From assembly GCA_032718475.1 (NCBI GenBank), contig JAUCBJ010002315.1:1-64000 (forward strand): a stretch of DNA of 64,000 nucleotides. Direction: 5' to 3'. The notes beneath the pieces are model-generated. The model saw nothing but the letters and a program-made list of their open reading frames with translations. It had not been told where the DNA came from and did no database searches. This document shows positions 1 through 10,530 of this stretch, piece after piece. Both the position numbers and the translations under genes were made by a program. Source of the DNA: Nemertoderma westbladi. Its lineage: Eukaryota; Animalia; Xenacoelomorpha. Every line of letters begins with the position of its first letter. The first letter of the stretch is position 1.

Positions 1-134
1 ATATATATATAAATGCTCAGTTTGTCTGTCTGTTTTTTTTACAGTTATAGAAATCAACACGTTGAATCGACACTTTAAGTTTTTAAGTTTGGGGAAGGAC
101 GCTGTCCAGTCTGCCGCTTTCATTCTTCATCTAT

Positions 135-3100
135 GAAGACCCACTGGAAGTCAAGACCCGCTGGAAGTAAAGACCCACTGGTAGTATAAGACCCACTGGA
201 AGTAAAGACCCACTGGAAGTAAGGACCCACTGGTAGTAAAGACCCGCTGGAAGTAAAGACCCACTGGTAGCAAAGACCCACTGGAAGTAAGGACCCACTG
301 GTAGTAAAGACCCGCTGGAAGTAAAGACCCACTGGTAGTATAAGACCCACTGGAAGTAAAGACCCACTGGAAGTAAAGACCCACTGGAAGTAAGGACCCA
401 CTGGTAGTAAAGACCCGATGGAAGTAAAGACCCATTGGAAGTTAAGACCCACTGGAAGTAAAGACCCACTGGAAGTAAAGACCCACTGGTAAGTAAAGAC
501 CCACTGGAAGTAAAGACCCACTGGTATTAAAAGACACACTGGAAGTAATGACGTAGGAAGTGAAGACCCACTGGAAGAAAATAACCACTAGAAATAAAGA
601 CCCACTGGTAATAAAGACCCACTGGAAGTAAAGACCCACTGGAAGTAAAGACCCACTGGAAGTAAAGACCCACTGGAAGTAAAGACCCACTGGAAGTAAG
701 GACCCACTGGTAGTAAAGACCCGCTGGAAGTAAAGACCCACTGGTAGTATAAGACCCACTGGAAGTAAAGACCCACTGGAAGTAAGGACCCACTGGTAGT
801 AAAGACCAACTGGAAGTAAGGACCCACTGGTAGTAAAGACCCACTGGTAGTAAGAGACCCACTGGTAGTAAAGACGCAGGAAGTAAAGACCCACTGGAAG
901 AAAATAGCCACTAGAAATAAAGACCACTGGTAATAAAGACCCGCTGGAAGTAAAGACCCACTGGAAGTAAAGACCCACTGGTAATAAAGATCCGCTGGAA
1001 GTAAAGACCCACTGGTATTAAAAGACACACTGGAAGTAAAGACGCTGGAAGTAAAGACCCAATTGGTAGTAAAGACAGCCACTGAGACAACCACTAGAAG
1101 TAAAGACCCACTGGTATTAAAAGATACACTGGAAGTAAAGACGCGCTGGTAGTAAAGACCCACTGGAAGTAAAGACGCAGCAAGTAAAGACCCACTGGAA
1201 GAAAATAACCACTAGTAATAAAGACCCACTGGTAATAAAGACCCGCTGGAAGTAAAGACCCACTGGAAGTAAAGACCCACTGGAAGTAAAGACCCACTGG
1301 TATACTAATACCCACTGGAAGTGTAGACCCACTGGTATTAAAAGACAGACTGGAAGTAAAGACGCGCTGGTAGTAAAGACACACTGGAAGTAATGACCCG
1401 CTGGAAGTAAAGACCCACTGGAAGTAAAGACCCACTGGTATACTAATACCCACTGGAAGTGTAGACCCACTGGTATTAAAAGACACACTGGAAGTAAAGA
1501 CGCAGGAAGTAAAGACCCACTGGAAGAAAATAACCACTAGAAATAAAGACCCACTGGTAATAAAGACCCGCTGGAAGTAAAGACCCACTGGAAGTAAAGA
1601 CCCGCTGGAAGTAAAGACCCACTGGTATACTAATACCCACTGGAAGTGTAGACCCACTGGTATTAAAAGACAGACTGGAAGTAAAGACGCGCTGGTAGTA
1701 AAGACACACTGGAAGTAATGACCCGCTGGAAGTAAAGACCCACTGGAAGTAAAGACCCACTGGTATACTAATACCCACTGGAAGTGTAGACCCACTGGTA
1801 TTAAAAGACACACTGGAAGTAAAGACGCAGGAAGTAAAGACCCACTGGAAGAAAATAACCACTAGAAATAAAGACCCACTGGTAATAAAGACCCGCTGGA
1901 AGTAAAGACCCACTGGAAGTAAAGACCCGCTGGAAGTAAAGACCCACTGGTATACTAATACCCACTGGAAGTGTAGACCCACTGGTATTAAAAGACACAC
2001 TGGAAGTAAAGACGCTCTGGTAGTAAAGACACACTGGAAGTAAAGACCCACTGGTAGTATAAGACCCGCTGGAAGTAAAGACCCATTGGAAGTGAAGACC
2101 CACTGGAAGTAAAGACTCACTGGAAGTAAAGACCCACTGGTAATAAAGACCCGCTGGAAGTAAAGACTCACTGGTATTAAAAGACACACTGGAAGTAAAG
2201 ACGCAGGAAGTAAAGACCCACTGGAAGAAAATAACCACTAGAAATAAAGACCCACTGGTAATAAAGACCCGATGGAAGTAAAGACCCACTGGAAGTAAAG
2301 ACCCACTGGTAATAAAGACCCGCTGGAAGTAAAGACCCACTGGTATTAAAAGACACACTGGAAGTAAAGACGCTGGAAGTAAAGACCCACTGGTAATAAA
2401 GACAGCCACTGAGACAACCACTAGAAGTCAAGACCCACTGGTATTAAAAGACACACTGGAAGTAAAGACGCGCTGGCAGTAAAGACCCACTGGAAGTAAA
2501 GACGCAGGAAGTAAAGACCCACTGGAAGAAAATAACCACTAGAAATAAAGACCCACTGGTAATAAAGACCCGCTGGAAGTAAAGACCCACTGGAAGTAAA
2601 GACCCGCTGGAAGTAAAGACCCACTGGTATACTAATACCCACTGGAAGTGTAGACCCACTGGTATTAATTGACACACTGGAAGTAAAGACGCGCTGGTAG
2701 TAAAGACACACTGGAAGTAATGACCCACTGGAAGTAACGACGCAGGAAGTAAAGACCCACTGGAAGAAAATAACCACTAGAAATGAAGACCCACTGGAAA
2801 TAAAGACCCACTGGAAGTAAGACCCACTGCCACTGGTAGTAAGACCCATTGGTAGTAATTACCCACTGTAAGTAAAGACACGCAGGAAGTAAAGACCCAA
2901 TGGAAGTAAAGACCCACTGGTAGTAAAGACACACTGGAAGTAAAGACCCGCTGGAAGTTATAGACCCGCTGGATGTAAAGACCCACTGGTATTAAAAGAC
3001 ACACTGGAAGTAAAGACACGCTGGAAATAAAGACCCACTGGAAGTAAAGACGCGGGAATTAAAGACCCGCTGGAAGAAAAAAACCTACTTGAAGTAAAGA

Positions 3101-3600
3101 CCCACTGGAAATAAAGACCCACTGGAAGTACGACCCACTGGTAGTAAGACCCACTGGTAGTTGGACCCAATGGTAGTAAGAGCCACTGGAAGTAAAGACC
3201 CTCTGAAAGTAAAGACCCGCTGGAAGTAAAGACCCACTGGTAGTAAAGACAGCCACTGAGACAACCACTGGAAGTAAAGACCCGCTGGAAGTAAAGACGC
3301 GGGAAGCAAAGACCCACTGGAAGCAGTGGCGTACCGAGGGTTTCATGCGCCCGGGGGCAACTAACAAAATTTTTGCCCCCCCCCCCCAAAAAAAAAAAAT
3401 AATATAAAAGTAATGTATTTTTTAAATTAAAAAGTAAAACCCGCTGGTAGTAAAGACCCGCTGGAAGTATAAAGATGCGGAAAGTAAAGACGCACTGGTA
3501 GTATAGACCGCTGGAAGTAAAGACCCACTGGAAGTAAAGACCCGTTGGAAGTAAAACCCACTGGAAGTAAAACCCCCTGGTAGTAAAGACCCACTGGTAG
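135..3600. repeat. 17-bp tandem satellite (consensus AAGACCCACTGGAAGTA) with variant monomers and higher-order blocks
   Basis: About 200 tandem copies are visible. The diagnostic variant TATACTAATACCCACTGGAAGTGTAGAC recurs near 1301/1627 and 1438/1764 (326-bp spacing) and again near 1951 and 2628. The array is interrupted at about 3324-3430. Confidence 0.95.
3324..3430 (+). mobile_element. Probable single end of a hAT-type non-autonomous DNA transposon inserted in the satellite
   Basis: Begins CAGTGGCGTACCGAGGG...GCGCCCGGGGGCAA...GCCCCC, a CAG-terminal GC-rich end typical of animal hAT MITEs. No matching opposite TIR or TSD was found. Confidence 0.4.
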
Positions 3601-3604
3601 TATG

Positions 3605-3646
3605 TATATACGTACGTTTCGGCCTATCAGGCTTCTTAAGTAGCGC
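3605..3646 (-). ncRNA. Second, inverted copy of the hammerhead-like motif (core mutated to CTTAAGA)
   Basis: The reverse complement reads GCGCTA-CTTAAGA-AGCCTGATAGGCC-GAAAC-GTAC-GTA. Positions 3607-3637 form a perfect 31-bp inverted repeat of 3746-3776. Confidence 0.5.
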
Positions 3647-3736
3647 TAATAGGTTAAACCACTCTCCCCTGACATCCACCTTTCTATTTATTCTACTTCT
3701 ACTGAACAGGCAGTGTTCAGTTGCATATCCTATCTT

Positions 3737-3780
3737 ATCTATCTGAAGAAGCCTGATAGGCCGAAACGTACGTATAACGC
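3737..3780 (+). ncRNA. Minimal type I hammerhead ribozyme-like motif (Penelope pLTR/retrozyme type)
   Basis: CTGAAGA at 3743, then an A-GCCT(GAT)AGGC-C stem II, GAAAC, a palindromic ACGTACGT stem III and a GTA cleavage triplet. Stem I is not intact in this copy. Confidence 0.6.
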
Positions 3781-4827
3781 TGGTTCAACCCCCGGTACGC
3801 GCTTTCTCATTTTTTTCACTTTCTGAACAACTTATTACAATTGCATTCATTAAAGTTGCATTAACAGCTCAACTACAATTTAACTTAAATAAGGACCTGA
3901 GGGAAATGTAATATATTCGCGGAAAGTAATGACAGACAGACTAACAGACAGCTGTATATGACATAACATCGGACAGACATGTAGACAGTATATACACACC
4001 GAATAAATAGACATACCGAATTTGTTAAAAATCTTGTTTGCTATTATTTTTTCACAAAAATCTCACATAAATTGATGGATAGGATAACAAGATGGATTAG
4101 TCCCTGCTTGGTATCTCCTCTCTGGAAGAGATTATCTTAAGTTTAATGTCGGGGGGGGGGGGGGGGGGGGGGGGTCTCGTACCGCCAGTGATATTGCTGT
4201 AAGGGAGCATTTTATCACAAACAAATGTGAGGGCTGATCCTTCTCGGAAAGTATGTCACTAGAGCACCAAGTACGGGCTCACTACTGCATACCGATATTC
4301 TAGACTGCCCCAACCCTATACTATTAAACTAACTCTCCTATTGGATAGCCATCACGAACGATAGTATAATGTGTCCACCAAATCAAAACTTTACCGTGGG
4401 GTCTTTGGTGCCTATAGCCAGTTTAATTTTATCTGCCACCCTCTATTCTCATTTTGACAACATGTAAGTAAACAAAACTTCAGTTCTGGAACATGTTTCA
4501 AACATAACATGAACAGTTTACGCATATAGAGGGAAAGGTCCCGAATACGCCAGTATTTTATCCTTAATCATTAGGGTGTGGACCGCAAACTGTTTATCTA
4601 ATTCAATTAAATTATTATCTCCCATTAAAATAATTACAGATAACAAACAAATAACAATTACATAATGATTTGAAGACAATTAATACTGCTATATCTCGGT
4701 AACAATATATCACGTTTGTATTTGTCCTTGTATTTCCTTAAAGGAAATACAAGGACAACTACAACTAATACAGATAACAAATACTATACATACAATAACA
4801 ACTGCTGTATCACGAGCCGGTGAATGA

Positions 4828-5055
4828 TCTGTGTGGGGCGAGCCACGAAGTGAGTGAGCCTTAGCGTAGTGGTACCATTAATCAACCTGTCGTTCTGTCG
4901 TTCTGTCGCGTTTTTTTTCAGTATTTTATTTTAAACGTTAATAACTCGGCCAATCCTTGATGAAATCTATCCAAACTTGGTACACATGTTGTTTGGCAAA
5001 AGTTTGAAAATTTTCCAAGTAGAATTTGCGTGGGGCCTTCGTGCAGCATCAGTGT
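4828..5055 (+). mobile_element. Dispersed non-autonomous element, Helentron/DINE-1-like, single-head copy
   Basis: Colinear with 26022-27240: GTGGGGCGAGC head, AAATCTATCCAAACTTGGTACA.ATGTTGTTTGGC core and GGCCTTCG 3' end. It contains a CTGTC-type microrepeat. The family assignment is inferred from architecture. Confidence 0.55.
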
Positions 5056-5629
5056 AACTGTTATTGTAGTTATAATATATTTATTTATCCAAAATTAACA
5101 TGCGTTAAATTATTATTACTGTAGGATAAATCAGCTGGTTTTCTGACAAATTTTGCAAAACATAGGGGCTGTCTGCCAATCTGCATGTACCATTTGTACC
5201 GGTACTGTCAGGCTGTACTCAATTCCTGAATCGAGAATTCTGCAATCAGTCAATACTGCAATACAGGTCAGCCGGTACCATACACTGCAGACATGCCATA
5301 TCATGTAATCTAAACATGGCCCCGGAAACCCTTGCGGTGATTATAGTTTAGGCCTAATTAGCCTAGTACCGGTAATAATAATATAATAGTTTAGATAGTT
5401 CAGTAGTTACCGCTAATCATTCAGTCATTGGCACGGTACACCGTATTGCTGTACTGCCGTTGTAGTGCGCACCGTAGGTACCACCCATGCGTAGGCTGAC
5501 TGTGCTGATTATGGTACTGTCAGACTGTGGTACCTAAGCTATATACTGTTAGGTATATTGCTGTATTGGGGTGGGGTTAGGAATAATCCATTTGTTTTAG
5601 CATTGAACTGTTGAATCCCCTTATTTATT

Positions 5630-6285
5630 ATAAAACCATTGGAAATATTCGCAAATGCCGCTCCATTACTGTCTGAAACGCTCCCGACAGTCCGATGTAT
5701 CTGGACCCGAGCAGCCGAGTTGCTTCAAGAGGTGATTAACGGGGGAATACTACGGAATTGCTTGTTTGTCAGTACGATTCTATTTGGGTATTTACTACAC
5801 TCAGACACTGGGAATACGGCGGTCGGTCAGATCGTAATGCGGGCCACTGCCAAGTTCATCATGCCTCACTCCGGTCACCCACCTTGGAGTGCGGTGGGAA
5901 GAGTCCCACTTACTGACTTACGTCGACGACTGGACGAATCGACGAGGATTGCGATCTGGGTTTAGCGGCGGCCCGGATCCTGGGATCGCCTGGGGGAAAT
6001 GGTTGAACGTTGGGCAGACGTGATCGCACTGGATTACGTTCTCTGTGACGCGAAAGTGTGAAGCGAATTCGTTGTCGAATTGGGTCGGAAGCTGCGGGAA
6101 TTCTACTGTTCTACGGGAGTAAACCGCAGCGGTCCGGTGACTACGGACGGATACTACTGGGATAAGCAGGTATTTCGATCGAGTTTCTCGTATTCTCGAT
6201 GCTCGAGGCGGATAGAGAGTTGGTTGTGTTGGGCGGTGTTGTTCAATTCTATCAAACATATTAAATAATTGGTAAAATAATAAAA
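5630..6285 (+). pseudogene. Decayed reading frame, possibly the 3' end of an L1/Tx1-like LINE ORF2
   Basis: A GC-richer island. ORFs 5639-5965 and 6080-6268 are in the same frame, separated by two stops. The peptide PTVRCIW...ILFG...AKFI...W resembles the post-zinc-knuckle C-terminus of L1/Tx1 ORF2. It ends at AATAATAAAAAC. Confidence 0.3.
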
Positions 6286-6390
6286 ACACACCAGATAAAG
6301 ATACTGAGCTTATGGTAAAGAGATAGGCCGAACTTACAATTTCCAAATAGATTGTTCATATAATAAATATATTTTTGGTATTTGATTTCA

Positions 6391-6650
6391 AGATAGGGGG
6401 GGGGGGGGGGGGGGAACTGGACGCAATAAAAATTCATCCCTCTCCAGGGGAAATTGGACGCAAATAACAACAGCTGATTACTCTCAAAAATAAAACTGTA
6501 ACCTGTTCTATTGTGTTTACTTTATTGTTTTGGTTAAAATAACGTGCCACTGTAACCTGCTCCTTTCCCAAAATTTAGAAATTAATATTGAGGCGGGATA
6601 TTAATTCGCCAAGATGGGATTTGCGTCCAGTCCCACCCCCCTCCTATCTC
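6391..6650. mobile_element. Mutator-like (MULE) MITE with 9-bp TSD
   Basis: TIRs are AGATAGG(G)nAACTGGACGCAA and TTGCGTCCAGTCCCACCCCCCTCCTATCTC. The flanking direct repeat TTGATTTCA is at 6382-6390 and 6651-6659. Confidence 0.75.
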
Positions 6651-6769
6651 TTGATTTCACTAAAAAATAGAATACATTGCATTTTACTGTTATAATTACT
6701 GTATTGAATAAAATAATTAATTGATTGTTTATTAAACCGTGCTAAGCACGTTGAACTGGAGCTCTAACA

Positions 6770-7090
6770 ATTCCCCACTAGCGGCAGACAGGAACTGTAA
6801 AAGTCTCTGTAGAATTTCTAATTAAGCAATGCTCTTAGGTAACTACTACTAAATTTCAGATGAATCTGATCGTTGGTTCTATAATTACAGCTATTTTTAC
6901 GTTTCTGTTAATTCGCCCCCTAGCGGCAGACCGGGGAACTGTAGAAGTCTGTCTGTGTGTAGAATTTCTAAATTTTTTTAAAGACTACAAGTGTACCAAG
7001 TTTGGTTCCATTTCATCCATGATTGACCGACTTATTAGCGTTCAAACATTCCTGCCACGAATAAAAGCTGCAGGAACTCGAGCGATAATT
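6770..7090 (-). repeat. Degenerate dispersed repeat with an internal ~50-bp direct duplication (DINE-like)
   Basis: CCCC.CTAGCGGCAGAC.GGAACTGTA.AAGTCT...GTAGAATTTCTAA occurs at about 6773 and 6916. It is followed by TGTACCAAGTTTGG, the reverse complement of the core of the 4828 element. Confidence 0.45.
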
Positions 7091-8589
7091 AATTTATTTA
7101 TTATTAAATACTGTTTCAATTAAATTCGTTACGAAAATCTAGTCATCTTCTTTTAAATATGGACCCTGCATTCATGGAAAATATAATATTTGATAATTCA
7201 TCAGTCAGCCTACGCTAATTTCACAGCAAAGTCCTTGTCATGGCCTGTGTGTAGTAGGCCATGGTACCACCCTACTACCGGTACCGGCTGACCGGTGGCA
7301 ACTAGCACTTGCACAGCAACAGCCCTACCGGCGATACACAGGTTGGAATTTATGTAGAGTTTGCTCAATAGTACAGATATAAAATAGTTATCTAAATTAT
7401 CTATATTACTATTGAAAAGTATTGAAATATATACTGTTATTCGTATTTGCAACATCTGACATTGAAGAGGTGAGAGAAGATGAATACCGGCACTCAACAA
7501 AACCAACACTTATCACAGGTCGGTATGGTTACCTCGAAACCGGCGCGACTGTCCACTCGAATACAACTTCAAAACACAAACGACAACAATAAACTGAAAG
7601 CGAATCGAACGTCTTCAGAAGAATCTGTCATTGGGACGAAGAAAAGGAAGCCGAAACCACGGGAATGGAGTAATGGACCACAGCTAAGATTGACTGCTCC
7701 CATTGTCAGAGTTCCTGGACCGAAATTGAAACACCAATTGCCGATGGGCTTGATCTCTCAAACCAAAACTTCCTCTGCGGGGTTTGCGCGGCAGTAAAGA
7801 TTGAAAGTCTGGAAGCTGGCATCCCTAGGTATTATTATTATAAAGAGCGTCAGCCTGCGTTTAATAAATATATTTTAATACAAAACAGGTCGAACGCAAA
7901 GAGGCTTATAATGAAGACGAGTACTGCATATAAATATACTATAATATCTACATATATGCTATAAACCACCTGGCTTTGCATATTGAACGTGCGTTTGGAA
8001 ATAAGTTCGTGCTACCCTTCCGTGGGTGGTAGATGTCGCGGTTATGTATTGGTGGGTGGGAAGGGAGGGGGGGGGGGGGGGGGGGGGGTGCAGATTAAAA
8101 GGGGTGAACACGTACTGTCCCCCTTTCTTTGATTAATTGGTGGTGTGGGTTAATCTCTCATAACCTGATTTTGTGATACAGTCGCACAATTTTAATTTGT
8201 ATCTCATAACTGGGCCTCGTGCTGCGCGAAGGCCCCACGAACGTGTAATTCTGTCTGTATTATTGTAATATTGATGATTGGTTCAAGTTGTCAGTATGGC
8301 CAGTGACAAGAAGGTAGTATGGGGTCTGACTGGCTGATAATAAAGTTATTTGTATAGTGAACGTTTTCGACCTCCGACTATAATATAAATATATATAACT
8401 GACATTTAAAAATCCTTAAAACTTTTGTTGGGCATAGAGCTTTTGCAAAGTCGGCAATGACGTACAGGTTGTATCGAACACCAATAATAAATTTAAAAAT
8501 CCCTCCATCAACTTGTGTTTGTCGATATTTTATTTCATAACTTAATTAATTAAAGTCCCGGTATCACCGGTGCTATACAAATATGCAAA

Positions 8590-9068
8590 GACAGACAGGC
8601 CGACATCTAGACAGCCAGAGTGACAAATAGACAAACATATAGACAGACAAAGCGACATATAAACAGACTGACAAACAGACAAACATATAGACAGCCAGAG
8701 TGACAAATAGACAAACATATAGACAGACAAAGCGACATATAAACAGACTGACAAACAGACAAACATATAGACAGCCAGAGTGACAAATAGACAAACATAT
8801 AGACAGACAAACCGACATAAAAACAGACTGACAAACAGACAAACATATAGACAGCCAGAGTGACAAATAGACAAACATATAGACAGACAAACCGACATAT
8901 AAACAGACTGACAAACAGACAAACATAGACAACCATCAGAATGACATCTGTCTATTGACAGAGAAACAGACATATAGTATATAGACAGAGAAACAGACAT
9001 ATAGTATATAGACAAACAAACAGACAGACCGACAGACATATAGACAGATACATATGATAGACAGATAG
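8590..9068. repeat. 80-bp tandem repeat (4 copies) built on (AGAC)n-like microsatellite
   Basis: ACAGCCAGAG recurs at 8611, 8691, 8771 and 8851, flanked by AGAC/AGAT degenerate repeats. Confidence 0.9.
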
Positions 9069-9640
9069 TATGACAATTTGCAGACCATGGATCTTATTAT
9101 GGAGCGAACATTACAAAAACTTACTTATTTTGTCTGTAAACATATAATAACTTCTGATATAATTCAGAATTTCGCGTTCTTCTTAGTTGATGAGATAAAA
9201 GTAAAATTAATTTTATATTTTCCATTTTTGATCGGAACTCTGAAAATTATTATATATAGATAGATAGATAGATAAGACATAATATGAGATATAATGCAAG
9301 AGATAATTTTGGACGATTTGACAGTTTTTTTCTCAGCTTTCGTAACTTTGACGTTTACCCCACATTTCAGATTACAAGACAATCTTCAACAGCAATTCGC
9401 CCACCTCTCCCAGCCACAATTTCACACAATTCATTTTATCCAATGACAAGACGATTTGCCTAACTGCTCTGCCAAGAAGATGGCTCCAAACACTTTTGAT
9501 TGGTTGATAAAAACAGGATCACGATGAGCAGTCCATGGGGAACTCTAAAAGTCGGCGGCCAACGGACATCCCGGTATTATTGTTATACGAGTAGATAGCT
9601 AGTAGTGCTTCTCTAAAACTTGTTATATCTGAGATTCTCA

Positions 9641-9648
9641 TATAAAAG
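9641..9648 (+). promoter_or_regulatory. Candidate TATA box upstream of Cdx
   Basis: TATAAAAG lies 175 bp upstream of the ATG, with CCAAT motifs near 9440 and 9499. This is a motif match only, in AT-rich DNA. Confidence 0.2.
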
Positions 9649-9815
9649 GTAATATTATAAAAAATATACAGGCAAATAAATCTATATAGGGCCGCGATAA
9701 ACCGATAGAATTCTCCACATTTACGATAAACTCAGCCGCCGTGAAAGCGCAATAAACCTACTCATAAGGGAATTTGATCTACTAAACTGAAACTGTTTAT
9801 AACATTTTATTCCCA

Positions 9816-10530
9816 ATGTTAATTTCCGAGCGTTCGATCAAGGGAGAGGAGTTATCCTCACAATTGTATCAGTTCAGTGGATCGACAGGCAACTTAGATC
9901 AGCATCTACATTCCGTAACGAACTGCCAAAACTGTCCTCCTCCACCAGCCATGGCGACAGGTGCGCACCAAAAGAGCTGGTCTGGCTACCCGTCAAGTTA
10001 CCAAACATTCGCATGCGGCAAGTCTGACATACAGATACCGTGTCCTATAGGAGATCCAGTTATGGAACCAGAGTACTCCTACTACGGGTACTTCCCAAGT
10101 GCTCCTGCCCCCTTCCCTCCTTCCAACGCCCCCTTCCCCCCAGCCAACACCAACTTCACCCATACCAATGCCCCCTTTCCTCCACCTAACACATCCTTCC
10201 CCTCTTCCAACCATACCCCCACTTTCTCTAATCCGCCATCCACCTCGCCCACTCTCACCGACAAACTGCCCGGTAAATCCTCGCATTGGAGCGACTACGT
10301 CACATCCACAGGAGCCCAGTACTGCTTCGAACCATCGGCTACCTCGAGCGGGGGCTACAACCCATCCTGGATAAACCCATCGGATCGATTCTCTGGCGGC
10401 TTTCCTCTCTACCTCGGCGGGTCTCAGAGCGGTCACTTCCTGTCGGGTTACAGCGGAAGTGGGTCACAGAGGTACCCCCTACTGGATACCAGAGAGTCGA
10501 GTACCACATACAGAGTCAATCCAAATAACG
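9816..10530 (+). CDS. Cdx: Cdx/caudal homeobox protein, coding exon 1 (Pro/Ser/Tyr-rich N-terminal region)
   Basis: A 238-codon open frame with transcription-factor-like low-complexity composition. It ends AAC G|GTGAGT (phase 1) and splices in frame to the exon at 18972, giving ...[13 protein letters not shown]. The start codon is uncertain (alternative ATG at 9951). Confidence 0.75.

Noticed and set aside
120-3679. Numerous overlapping minus-strand ORFs (LPVGLYFQWVFTSSGS repeats)
   Set aside because: They are translations of the 17-bp satellite, open in all three frames with the same rotating peptide.
8542-9039. Cys/Val/Leu-rich membrane-like ORFs
   Set aside because: They are translations of the (TGTC)n-derived 80-bp repeat.
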